Of a DNA stretch of 64,000 nucleotides, positions 55,404-64,000 are shown in pieces. Each line of letters opens with the position of its first letter. The stretch's first letter is position 1. The notes under the pieces were generated by a model. That model ran no database searches. It saw nothing but the letters and a program-made list of their open reading frames with translations, and was not told the origin of the DNA. This stretch comes from Candidatus Hydrogenedentota bacterium (lineage in GTDB: Bacteria; Hydrogenedentota; Hydrogenedentia; Hydrogenedentales; Hydrogenedentaceae): contig JAOAHN010000072.1 in the NCBI GenBank assembly GCA_026415215.1, forward strand, positions 2,899-66,898, given 5' to 3'. The translations under genes were made by a program, and so were the position numbers.

Positions 55404-57560
55404 ATGAACACTTCCAAAAAAATGAATTTAATATTTGCTCTTCATTCACATCAACCTGTGGGCAATTTTAACTTTGTCTTTGAAGAAGCGTATCAAAAAG
55501 CATATCTTCCTTTTCTACAAGTTTTGATGGACTTTCCACAGATTAAGATCGCTCTTCATATATCAGGACCAATATGGGATTGGCTCGATGAAAATCACCC
55601 TGAGTTCTACGATCTGATAAAAAAATTATTGCACAAAAAACAGATTGAACTTATGGGAGGCGGGTATTACGAGCCACTTCTATGCACGCTTTCTGAAGAT
55701 GATGCCATAGGTCAAATCGAATATATGAAAAATTTTATAAAAGACAGATTCGGTGTAGAGCCTAAAGGAGTATGGATTACTGAGAGAGTGTGGGAGCCCT
55801 ATTACCCTAAAATTTTATCCTTAGCGGGGGTTGAGTATACCGCTGTAGATGATACTCATTTTCTAACAGCAGGAGTTAATAAAAATGATTTATTTGGATA
55901 CTACATTACGGAACATGAAGGGTATGTGATAAAAATTTTCCCTATACTTGAAAAACTTAGGTATACCATCCCCTTTCATCCAGTAAGGGAAACTATTGAT
56001 TATCTTAAGGGTATATACTTGAATGTAGGAAAAAACTGTGCAGTCTTTCATGATGATGGGGAAAAATTCGGTATTTGGCCTGGGACACATAATAGTGTAT
56101 ATAAGGAAAAGTGGTTATTTAACTTCTTCAGTGCTATCATTCAAGAATCTTCTTGGCTAACTGTATCTACCTATTCCGAATATATGTCTAACAATCCTCC
56201 TTTAGGAAGGGTATATCTTCCATGTGCTTCATATCACGAGATGATGGAATGGGTATTACCTACTGATATGCAAAAAGAATATATGAGACTTAAAAAAGAG
56301 TTTCAACAATCGCCTGAGATTTGGGAAAAAGTCTCTAACTTTTTCAGAGGTGGGTTCTGGAGAGGTTTTCTCACCAAGTATCCAGAAAGTAACAATATGC
56401 AAAAAAGGATGATAAAATTAAGTAAGAGGTTTAAACAAGTATCCCAGAAAAAGCCTAATCATCCATTGATTAAAGAAGCTCAAAAAACTCTTTACCAATC
56501 TCAATGTAATTGTGGTTATTGGCATGGCGTTTTTGGAGGGTTGTACCTTAACCATATTCGAACTGCAGTGTATCAGAAAATAATCGAAACAGAAAATATC
56601 TTAGACAAAATAGATGAGATTCCTCAGAACTGGATTTCTACACAGGTTACTGATTTCAACTGCGATGGGAATCAGGAAATAATATTTGAAACAAAAAACG
56701 CATCTTTCTTCTTCAGCCCTTCTAATGGAGGAACATTACTTGAACTTGACTTCAAACCTAAGACATTTAATTTATTAAATGTAATCTCGAGAAAAAAAGA
56801 AGCTTACCATGACGATCTCTTAAGACAAGACCTTTCCCACCAACTCGAGGAAGAGGGACATAAAAGTATCCATGAACTGGTAAAGGCAAAAGAAAAAAAT
56901 CTTCACGAGTATCTTTTTTACGACTCCTATTTAAGATATTCCATGCGCGACCACTTCTTCCCAATGAATATAAACATAGAACATTTATACAAGAATACAT
57001 ACGATGAGTGGTGGCAAAACTGTGATAAAAACTATGATTATAAAACTGATATCGACCACATACTATTCGAATCTGTGGGCGAAGTTTCAGTCCCTCCATA
57101 TTCGTGGACTGTGAAAATTACCAAAAGATTTCATCTCGAGTCATGCCCAGATGAAAATGTATTACATTTTTCAGTACAATATGGCATTGAAAATTTATCA
57201 GAAGGGACATTCCAAGGCTATTTCGGATGTGAGTGGTGTTTTAATTTTCTCACGGGCTCATCAGAGGACCGTTATATCTATTTTCATAATAGAAATGTGC
57301 AGAAAAAGGTGGGAGATCTTGTAGACCTATATGGAACTAACAAGCTCTCTTTAATAGATGAATGGCAAAAGATTAAGGTTAACTTTAATTTCTCCGAGGA
57401 CGCAAGAGTTTTCAACTTTCCTCTGGAGACAGTTAGTCAGTCTGAAAATGGGCAAGAGAGGATATACCAAGGAAATGTAGTAATTATATGTTGGCAAAAG
57501 GAATTTGATCCCAAATCTGTGAAAACATTAAACATAAAGGTGTCCGTAGAAACTATTTAA
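55404..57560 (+). CDS. GH57 4-alpha-glucanotransferase/alpha-amylase (DUF1925/DUF1926 type)
   Basis: HSHQP, GGGYYEP, WITERVWEP, DDGEKFG, QCNCGYWHGVFGGLY, TVSQSE.G....YQG. Confidence 0.93.
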   Translation: MNTSKKMNLIFALHSHQPVGNFNFVFEEAYQKAYLPFLQVLMDFPQIKIALHISGPIWDWLDENHPEFYDLIKKLLHKKQIELMGGGYYEPLLCTLSEDDAIGQIEYMKNFIKDRFGVEPKGVWITERVWEPYYPKILSLAGVEYTAVDDTHFLTAGVNKNDLFGYYITEHEGYVIKIFPILEKLRYTIPFHPVRETIDYLKGIYLNVGKNCAVFHDDGEKFGIWPGTHNSVYKEKWLFNFFSAIIQESSWLTVSTYSEYMSNNPPLGRVYLPCASYHEMMEWVLPTDMQKEYMRLKKEFQQSPEIWEKVSNFFRGGFWRGFLTKYPESNNMQKRMIKLSKRFKQVSQKKPNHPLIKEAQKTLYQSQCNCGYWHGVFGGLYLNHIRTAVYQKIIETENILDKIDEIPQNWISTQVTDFNCDGNQEIIFETKNASFFFSPSNGGTLLELDFKPKTFNLLNVISRKKEAYHDDLLRQDLSHQLEEEGHKSIHELVKAKEKNLHEYLFYDSYLRYSMRDHFFPMNINIEHLYKNTYDEWWQNCDKNYDYKTDIDHILFESVGEVSVPPYSWTVKITKRFHLESCPDENVLHFSVQYGIENLSEGTFQGYFGCEWCFNFLTGSSEDRYIYFHNRNVQKKVGDLVDLYGTNKLSLIDEWQKIKVNFNFSEDARVFNFPLETVSQSENGQERIYQGNVVIICWQKEFDPKSVKTLNIKVSVETI

Positions 57561-57847
57561 TGAAATCAGCTATGCGCAGTGAAATAAGCAAGAAATTGGT
57601 AGTCGTAAATCAATTAGGAATTCATGCTCGTCCTGCTGCTGTAATAGTTAAAGCTATGCAAAAATATGACGCACATGTATACCTAATATATAATGGACAT
57701 AGGCGAAATGCAAAAAGTGTTCTTCAAGTACTTAGTTTAGGTGCACCAAAAGACGCTGAGATCACTGCGGTAGCAAGTGGGCCAGATGCAGAGTCGGCAA
57801 TCGAAGAACTTTCCAAGATCTTTGAAGGTGGTTTCGGAGAAGAATAA
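57560..57847 (+). CDS. ptsH: Phosphocarrier protein HPr
   Basis: GIHARPA (His15), NAKS (Ser46). Confidence 0.95.
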   Translation: MKSAMRSEISKKLVVVNQLGIHARPAAVIVKAMQKYDAHVYLIYNGHRRNAKSVLQVLSLGAPKDAEITAVASGPDAESAIEELSKIFEGGFGEE

Positions 57848-59592
57848 TGGAAAAAAAATTTCAGGGTATTCCCGTATCCCCAGGAATAGCATGGGGTAGA
57901 GTTTTAATTTATGACACCGGAAAGCTTGAAGTTCCCAAATACAGGATAAAAAGCCCAAAAGAAGAGATTGAAAGACTTAAAGAAGCAGTTCATGCTACAA
58001 AAGAAGAATTAAGTTCTTTATATAAGAAAACTCTTGAAAACATCGGAAAAACTCATGCAAGTATTTTAGAAGTTCACTTGATGCTCCTTGATGACCAAAC
58101 AATCTTTGAGGAGGTCAATACAAGAATAAGTTCTGAACATATCAATTCTGAAGCGATTTTATTTGAACTCTCAAAAAAATATGCAGAGGAGCTAAAAAAT
58201 GCAGATAACCCCATAAATCAAGAACGAACTGCAGATCTGATAGATGTTATCGATAGAATTATTAGAAACCTAACCCAGCAAAAAAGGCCCGACTTAGATT
58301 CTATTAAAAATCCAATAATTCTATTATCACAGGATCTTCCTCCCTCAGAAGCTTCCAAGTTAAAGAACGACAAGATTCTTGCACTTGCATTGGAAAAAGG
58401 GAGTGCCACTTCACATGCTGCTATATTAGCCAAGTCCTTGAAAATTCCTACAGTTGTGGGAATAGTTAACCTATTTGATTCTTACCTACACCCAATTAAA
58501 GGTGCCGCGGTAGATGCAATAGAAGGCAACATATATGTAAATCCTACCTCTGAAACTATTAGCAAGTTGAGATACAAAAAAAACAAACTGAAAAAAACAT
58601 TTAGTTTTTATGAAAAAAGACTTCTATCCCTACCTTCCTCCACGGTAGATAAAGTTAATATCTCTGTATTTGCCAATATAGAGTTCCCTAATGAAGTTGA
58701 TGATAATATAAAACACTTAGCAGCAGGCATAGGCTTATATCGAACCGAATACTTATTCTTAGATAAGGTCGATTTACCTTCAGAAGATGAACAATATGAA
58801 GAGTATATAAAGGTTGCAAAAAAAATACATCCATTACCCGTAACTCTAAGAACAATAGATATTGGAGGTGATAAACTTTCTTCATACTCCAAAATTTTTA
58901 ATGAACAAAATCCTCAACTCGGATGCAGAGCTGTAAGATTTTGTTTAAGCAACATTAATTTTTTCAAAACTCAGCTTAGAGCTATTCTTAGAGCGAGTAT
59001 TGTAGGTAATGTTAAAATTATGTTCCCAATGATAAGTAGCGTTGATGAACTCCGTCAAGTTAAAAAAATCCTTGAAGAGGCGAAATCAGAGCTTGACCAT
59101 AGAAACATCCCATATAACAAAAACATACAGGTAGGGATAATGATTGAAGTTCCTTCCGCCGTTATAATAGCAGACGACCTCGCCAAAGAATGTGATTTTT
59201 TTAGTATAGGTACAAATGATCTTATCCAATACTCCTTAGCAGTAGACCGAAATAACTATCATATTGCCCACCTATATGAACCTGCACACCCCGCTATTTT
59301 AAGGATGCTAAAAAACATTATTGAATCTGCAGAAAAAGCTAATATCCAATGCAGTGTTTGTGGAGAAATGGCAAGCGATCCTTTATTTACTGAGTTTTTC
59401 ATCGGCATTGGGCTAAGAAATTTCAGCATGTCTGCAGTCTCAATCCCCCAGATTAGAACACTTATTACCGCTATTAATTACATGGAAGCCAAAGAGTTTG
59501 CAGAAAAAGTTCTTCGTCTCCCTACAGCGACTGAGGCTAAAGAAACTCTCAAAGAAAGGCTGAAAAAATATAAATCTGTTATTTCAGCCTAA
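57847..59592 (+). CDS. ptsI: PTS enzyme I
   Basis: TSHAAIL, GLYRTE, RTIDIGGDK, NPQLGCR, SIGTNDLIQY, VCGEMA. Confidence 0.97.
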   Translation: MEKKFQGIPVSPGIAWGRVLIYDTGKLEVPKYRIKSPKEEIERLKEAVHATKEELSSLYKKTLENIGKTHASILEVHLMLLDDQTIFEEVNTRISSEHINSEAILFELSKKYAEELKNADNPINQERTADLIDVIDRIIRNLTQQKRPDLDSIKNPIILLSQDLPPSEASKLKNDKILALALEKGSATSHAAILAKSLKIPTVVGIVNLFDSYLHPIKGAAVDAIEGNIYVNPTSETISKLRYKKNKLKKTFSFYEKRLLSLPSSTVDKVNISVFANIEFPNEVDDNIKHLAAGIGLYRTEYLFLDKVDLPSEDEQYEEYIKVAKKIHPLPVTLRTIDIGGDKLSSYSKIFNEQNPQLGCRAVRFCLSNINFFKTQLRAILRASIVGNVKIMFPMISSVDELRQVKKILEEAKSELDHRNIPYNKNIQVGIMIEVPSAVIIADDLAKECDFFSIGTNDLIQYSLAVDRNNYHIAHLYEPAHPAILRMLKNIIESAEKANIQCSVCGEMASDPLFTEFFIGIGLRNFSMSAVSIPQIRTLITAINYMEAKEFAEKVLRLPTATEAKETLKERLKKYKSVISA

Positions 59593-59601
59593 GATCAGAC
59601 T

Positions 59602-60780
59602 ATGGCTAAAGAAACTAACAAAGAAGCAAAAACAATAACCATATTGGGTTCAACAGGTTCCATAGGAAAAAGTGCCCTCGAGATTATAAGAGCTTGTCCA
59701 AATAAATTTAAGGTATACGGATTAGCAACTCACTCAAATTTTGATGAAATTGTAAAGCAGATAATAGAGTTCCGACCTCAATGTGTAGGTGTTTATGATG
59801 AAGAAATAGCTAAGAAAATTACTCTAAAATTTCCACACCTAAAAGTATTTTCAGGTAAAAATGGAATTATTGAGTTAGCTACAAAAAAGGTAGATGTTTT
59901 ACTCTGTGCTATTGTTGGGGCTAGTGGACTACATCCATTACTGAAAGGAATAGAGTATAACAAAAATATTGCAATAGCAAATAAAGAGCCTATAGTTATG
60001 GCTGGGGGTTTAATAACATCTAAAGCAAAAAAATATTTTTCGACTCTAATTCCGGTTGACAGTGAACATAGCGCAATTTTTCAGTGTCTAATCGGAAATA
60101 AAACAGAATATCTTCATAGAATCTTTATTACTGCTTCCGGTGGTCCATTCTACAATAGACCCATCAAAGAACTTGAATTGGTTACACCGGAGGAGGCTGT
60201 AAATCATCCAAAGTGGAAGATGGGAAAAAAAATTAGTATTGATTCTGCCACCCTAATGAATAAAGGTTTAGAGATTATCGAGGCTATGTGGCTTTTTGAT
60301 TTACAGGAATCCCAAATTGAGGTATTGATTCATCCCCAAAGTGTCGTTCACGGATTAGTAGAGTTCAAAGATGGAAGTATTCTTGCCCAACTTGGTCCAA
60401 CAGATATGAAAATCCCAATAATGTTCTCATTTACATATCCTGAAAGAGCCCCAGTCGCTCTAAAAAAACTCGACATACGCACACTCTCAAACCTCACTTT
60501 TAGTATCCCTGACTTCAAAAAGTTCCCATGCATCAAAATAGCAAAAGAGGTAGCTAAAATCGGAGGGGTTGCTCCCTCTATCCTAAATGCATCTAACGAA
60601 ATTGCAGTACAAGCTTTTTGTGAAAGAAAAATAAAATTTACTCAAATATATGAGGTAGTAGAAAAGACTCTCAATTCTTTTAATTTCTCAAGTTATCAAT
60701 ATGACTTAGATACTATACTCGAAGTAGACAATTTAGCCAGGATAAAATCATTAGAAATAGTCGAAAAGATTTCACACTAA
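59602..60780 (+). CDS. dxr: 1-deoxy-D-xylulose-5-phosphate reductoisomerase
   Basis: GSTGSIG, ANKE, PVDSEHSAIFQ, TASGGPF, HP.W.MG.KI..DSATLMNKGLE. Confidence 0.98.
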   Translation: MAKETNKEAKTITILGSTGSIGKSALEIIRACPNKFKVYGLATHSNFDEIVKQIIEFRPQCVGVYDEEIAKKITLKFPHLKVFSGKNGIIELATKKVDVLLCAIVGASGLHPLLKGIEYNKNIAIANKEPIVMAGGLITSKAKKYFSTLIPVDSEHSAIFQCLIGNKTEYLHRIFITASGGPFYNRPIKELELVTPEEAVNHPKWKMGKKISIDSATLMNKGLEIIEAMWLFDLQESQIEVLIHPQSVVHGLVEFKDGSILAQLGPTDMKIPIMFSFTYPERAPVALKKLDIRTLSNLTFSIPDFKKFPCIKIAKEVAKIGGVAPSILNASNEIAVQAFCERKIKFTQIYEVVEKTLNSFNFSSYQYDLDTILEVDNLARIKSLEIVEKISH

Positions 60781-60795
60781 AAGAGGGATATACAA

Positions 60796-62490
60796 ATGCT
60801 GTTCAGCATTATCGTTTTTATTGCCGTTTTAAGCTTATTAGTATTTGTCCACGAATTAGGCCATTTCATTTCTGGAAAACTCTGTAATATCTATATTGAC
60901 CAATTTAGCATAGGTATGCCTCCGAGATTGTTCGGAGTAAGAATAGGTGAGACTGACTACTGCATAGGTGCTTTACCAATAGGCGGATATGTTAAGATGG
61001 CCGGCCAAGAGGACATACCACTTGACGATGCTGAAAGAGAGAGAGAATATGGACATGTTCCTCCTGAAAGGTGGTTTAGAAATAGACCCCTTTGGCAAAG
61101 GTACATAGTAGTTATAAGCGGACCGTTAATGAACTTTGTGCTTGCAATATTTATCTACACAATTCTTGTTTCTAAAGGAACTTACCTACCGGAGATGGAA
61201 TTAGAAGCAAGGGTAGGGAAAATAGAAGAAAATAGTCCTGCTCAAAAAGCTTATGTGTATCAGTACATAGAAGGAGTAACCCAGAAAAATAAATATTCTT
61301 CTACTCAAAACCTAACAGGGTGGAAAACAGGGGATCGAATTATAACTATAAATGGAAGAAAAATAGAAAAGTTTTCTGACATTTTTTTAGGTGCAGCAAT
61401 AGGTGGAACAGAAAAAGAACACACTGTAATACTTGAAAGAACTAATCCAGACGGAACTACCCAAAAACTTATTTCCTTCTTGAGACCGGAGATAATTGGT
61501 GATAGTGAAGTCCCGAGATATGGTATAACACCATTTTATTCTGCTCTAATAGAAGAAGTACTACCTGGAATGCCAGCGGAAAAAGCGGGTTTGCAAAAAG
61601 GGGATATTATTCTATGTGCAAATAATACCGTAGTGGACAGGGTAACTTTTGTTGAACTGACCGAAAAAACTCCACCAGATAAGCCAATGCAACTCATAGT
61701 TATGAGAAATAATGAAAGAATCTACATAGAACTAACACCAACTTCGGTTGGTAGATTAAAGGGTCTCTCCCTCAAAGAAGTTACTTTAAGTAAAGGTTCT
61801 AAAGGATTACAAATTGCAGATATTTCTGAGGAAATACAAACTAAAACAGGATTAAGAAGAAAAGATATAATAACTAAAATAAACGGTAAAGAATTCTCAA
61901 TTGAGGACCTTCGGGCGTATGAAATAAATCATCCAGGAGAAACTTTAGAACTTGAAGTATATCGTCCTCCCGTTTTATTAGGTCTTTTAGAATCTTCTTC
62001 CTATCTTGTTGCAAAAATCTCCTTAGAAAAAGTTAATGCAATAGGAGTAACCCTTGGGGAGAGACTTATAAAAGTAGACTATCCACCCTCACAATGGATT
62101 CCAGAGGCACTTAAAAGAAGCTATGCAGACCTAAAACAAACTATTTTAATCCTCAGAGGTCTAATTGTAGGTAGCGTAAGTCCCAAAGTCCTTGGTGGAC
62201 CAATAATGATTTTCGATGCCACTTCTAAAGCAGCAAGTATGGGTATTACTTGGCTTCTTAACTTAATTGCATTAATTAGCGTAAATCTTGCAGTAGTCAA
62301 TCTCTTACCAATACCTGTTCTTGACGGAAGTCTTGTTCTACTATTAACTATAGAGGGTATCAGAAGAAAACCATTATCTCCAAAGTTACAGGAAAGATTT
62401 CAACAAATAGGTATTGCTATAATACTAATGCTCTTAGTGCTTGTAAGTTGGAATGATATTAGACGAATTTTAACCGATATTCTTCCCTGA
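60796..62490 (+). CDS. rseP: RIP metalloprotease RseP
   Basis: HELGH, PIGGYVKM, GPLMN, PDZ repeats, NLLPIPVLDG. Confidence 0.96.
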   Translation: MLFSIIVFIAVLSLLVFVHELGHFISGKLCNIYIDQFSIGMPPRLFGVRIGETDYCIGALPIGGYVKMAGQEDIPLDDAEREREYGHVPPERWFRNRPLWQRYIVVISGPLMNFVLAIFIYTILVSKGTYLPEMELEARVGKIEENSPAQKAYVYQYIEGVTQKNKYSSTQNLTGWKTGDRIITINGRKIEKFSDIFLGAAIGGTEKEHTVILERTNPDGTTQKLISFLRPEIIGDSEVPRYGITPFYSALIEEVLPGMPAEKAGLQKGDIILCANNTVVDRVTFVELTEKTPPDKPMQLIVMRNNERIYIELTPTSVGRLKGLSLKEVTLSKGSKGLQIADISEEIQTKTGLRRKDIITKINGKEFSIEDLRAYEINHPGETLELEVYRPPVLLGLLESSSYLVAKISLEKVNAIGVTLGERLIKVDYPPSQWIPEALKRSYADLKQTILILRGLIVGSVSPKVLGGPIMIFDATSKAASMGITWLLNLIALISVNLAVVNLLPIPVLDGSLVLLLTIEGIRRKPLSPKLQERFQQIGIAIILMLLVLVSWNDIRRILTDILP

Positions 62491-62522
62491 GGACACTAAG
62501 TAATTACCAAGGAATCACTAAT

Positions 62523-63833
62523 ATGGGTGCAATTACTTGTAAATTTGGCGGGACTTCACTTGCTGATGGAGAGTGCATCAAAAAAGTTGCAGATATCGTC
62601 CATTCTTCTCCAGATAGAAAATACATAGTTCCCTCTGCCCCAGGGAAAAGACACCCTAATGATAAAAAAATTACTGACTTGTTAATCCTATGGCATAGTA
62701 TAGCAAAAGAAGGGCTTGATTCATCCGAACCTGAGAAGATTATTAGAGAACGATTTAGATCCATAGTAGCTGAATTAAAAATAGAGCTCGATATAGATTC
62801 AGAAATAGACGAAATAGCAAATAGTGCTACCTTATATGAAACCCCCGACTTCATGGCATCTCGAGGGGAGTATCTAAATGGTAAAATTATAGCAAAATAT
62901 CTCAACGCCACATTCATAGACCCTGGAAAATACATCCTATTTGATGAGACCGGTAATCTCGACCCCAAGACATACAACATTTTAGGAGAAAAACTTCAAG
63001 GATCAGGTCTATTTGTAGTGCCGGGATTTTACGGTAGTATGCCGGATGGTAGCATAAAGACCTTCCCCAGAGGAGGGAGTGATATAACAGGGTCAATCGT
63101 GGCTAGAGCTACAAAATCAGTTTTATATGAGAATTGGACTGATGTCGATGGCTTTTGCATGGCTGATCCTAAGATAGTCCCTAACCCTAAAAAGATTGAA
63201 GAGATCACATACCAAGAATTGAGAGAGCTTTCTTATATGGGAGCTACAGTTCTTCATGACGAATCTATTTTCCCAGTAATGGAATTTGGAATTCCCATAC
63301 ACATCAAGAACACTCACAATCCTTCTGCTCCGGGAACACTCATAGTAAAAAATAGGGTTCCCAAGGGACCTGTATGTGGAATAGCCGGTATGGGTGGATT
63401 CAGCATGATAAATATTGAAAAAACCTTCATGAACAAGGAGAGAGGATTTGGGTTAAAAGTTCTCTCTGTGCTTGATGAGTATGATGTGAGGTGGGAACAT
63501 ATGCCCACAGGCATTGATACCCTATCTATCATCATAAGAAATAATGAACTTGGGAGCAAAGGTCCTTTAATTGTAGAGTCGCTGAAAAAAAGATGCGATA
63601 CACAAGATGTGTACCTTATTAGAGGCCTTGCCATGATTGCCACTGTAGGTTTAGGTATGAATCACCACATTGGTGTTGCTGCAAGATTGTTCACAGCTTT
63701 AGCTAACGCTGGGGTAAATGTAAGGGTAATAGACCAGGGCTCTTCAGAAATGAATATCCTTGTAGGTGTAGAAGAATCAGACCTCGAAAAATCTATTAGA
63801 GCTATCTATGAGGCCTTTGTAGATTGGGAGTAA
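62523..63833 (+). CDS. lysC: Aspartate kinase
   Basis: KFGGTS, SAPG, SRGE, RGGSDITG, WTDVDG, two ACT domains. Confidence 0.95.
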   Translation: MGAITCKFGGTSLADGECIKKVADIVHSSPDRKYIVPSAPGKRHPNDKKITDLLILWHSIAKEGLDSSEPEKIIRERFRSIVAELKIELDIDSEIDEIANSATLYETPDFMASRGEYLNGKIIAKYLNATFIDPGKYILFDETGNLDPKTYNILGEKLQGSGLFVVPGFYGSMPDGSIKTFPRGGSDITGSIVARATKSVLYENWTDVDGFCMADPKIVPNPKKIEEITYQELRELSYMGATVLHDESIFPVMEFGIPIHIKNTHNPSAPGTLIVKNRVPKGPVCGIAGMGGFSMINIEKTFMNKERGFGLKVLSVLDEYDVRWEHMPTGIDTLSIIIRNNELGSKGPLIVESLKKRCDTQDVYLIRGLAMIATVGLGMNHHIGVAARLFTALANAGVNVRVIDQGSSEMNILVGVEESDLEKSIRAIYEAFVDWE

Positions 63834-63896
63834 CTACACCATAACATTTTGTCCCATTAGTTTGAAATATAAGTCCATAAAAGAAGGGGAATTTTT

Positions 63897-64000
63897 ATGC
63901 GAAGAACAAAGATCATTTGTACTATGGGTCCATCTACTGAGGACATTAGCGTTATCAAATCTATAGTTCAAGCAGGAATGAACATTGCAAGACTTAATCT
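63897..64000 (+). CDS. pyk: Pyruvate kinase (5' partial)
   Basis: [14 protein letters not shown]...AGMNIARLN, not in the ORF track; AAGGGG SD. Confidence 0.93.
   Translation, partial: MRRTKIICTMGPSTEDISVIKSIVQAGMNIARLN

Noticed and set aside
1-64000. CRISPR arrays, IS elements, prophage, defence systems, recoded stop codons
   Set aside because: No spaced repeats, transposases, nuclease cassettes or interrupted genes were seen; nearly all sequence is explained by intact ORFs.

Overview
Compact, AT-rich bacterial chromosome segment with about 49 protein genes and one tRNA. The organism is a diderm and probably an anaerobe; gene content loosely suggests a Candidatus Hydrogenedentes-like or PVC-related lineage, which is inference only. 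No integrase, transposase, phage gene, CRISPR array or rRNA is visible. Contents in order: a TolC/MFP/RND operon followed by a clan GH-A hydrolase; a minus-strand surface-glycan cluster (radical SAM/SPASM, GT4, WecA/TagO, large O-antigen-ligase-like protein, Xaa-Pro peptidase); a corrinoid reductive activator; a NUDIX-MBL fusion; a DPS-like thioferritin; GH78 rhamnosidase; a CHAD-HDOD-histidine kinase-REC/PilZ-like block; serC; a UroD/MtaA-family protein; tRNA-Ser(UGA) leading two Gfo/Idh/MocA genes; rhaB-oppABC; rlmD; hemW; cinA; rlpA; type-2 ileS; and hpf-hprK-GH57-ptsH-ptsI-dxr-rseP-lysC-pyk. The best candidate for something new is the intact RND transporter, in which all five canonical AcrB proton-relay positions appear substituted (D407>T, D408>N, K940>N, R971>Q, T978>I by manual alignment). 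Other leads: the radical-SAM glycosylation operon, an atypical tRNA-Ser, a perfect TGTGA-N6-TCACA (CRP/Rex-type) site upstream of serC, an SD-sequestering hairpin before rlpA, and a GH57 gene embedded in a PTS operon whose HprK has a changed signature. All calls come from motif reading by eye, with no database searches.
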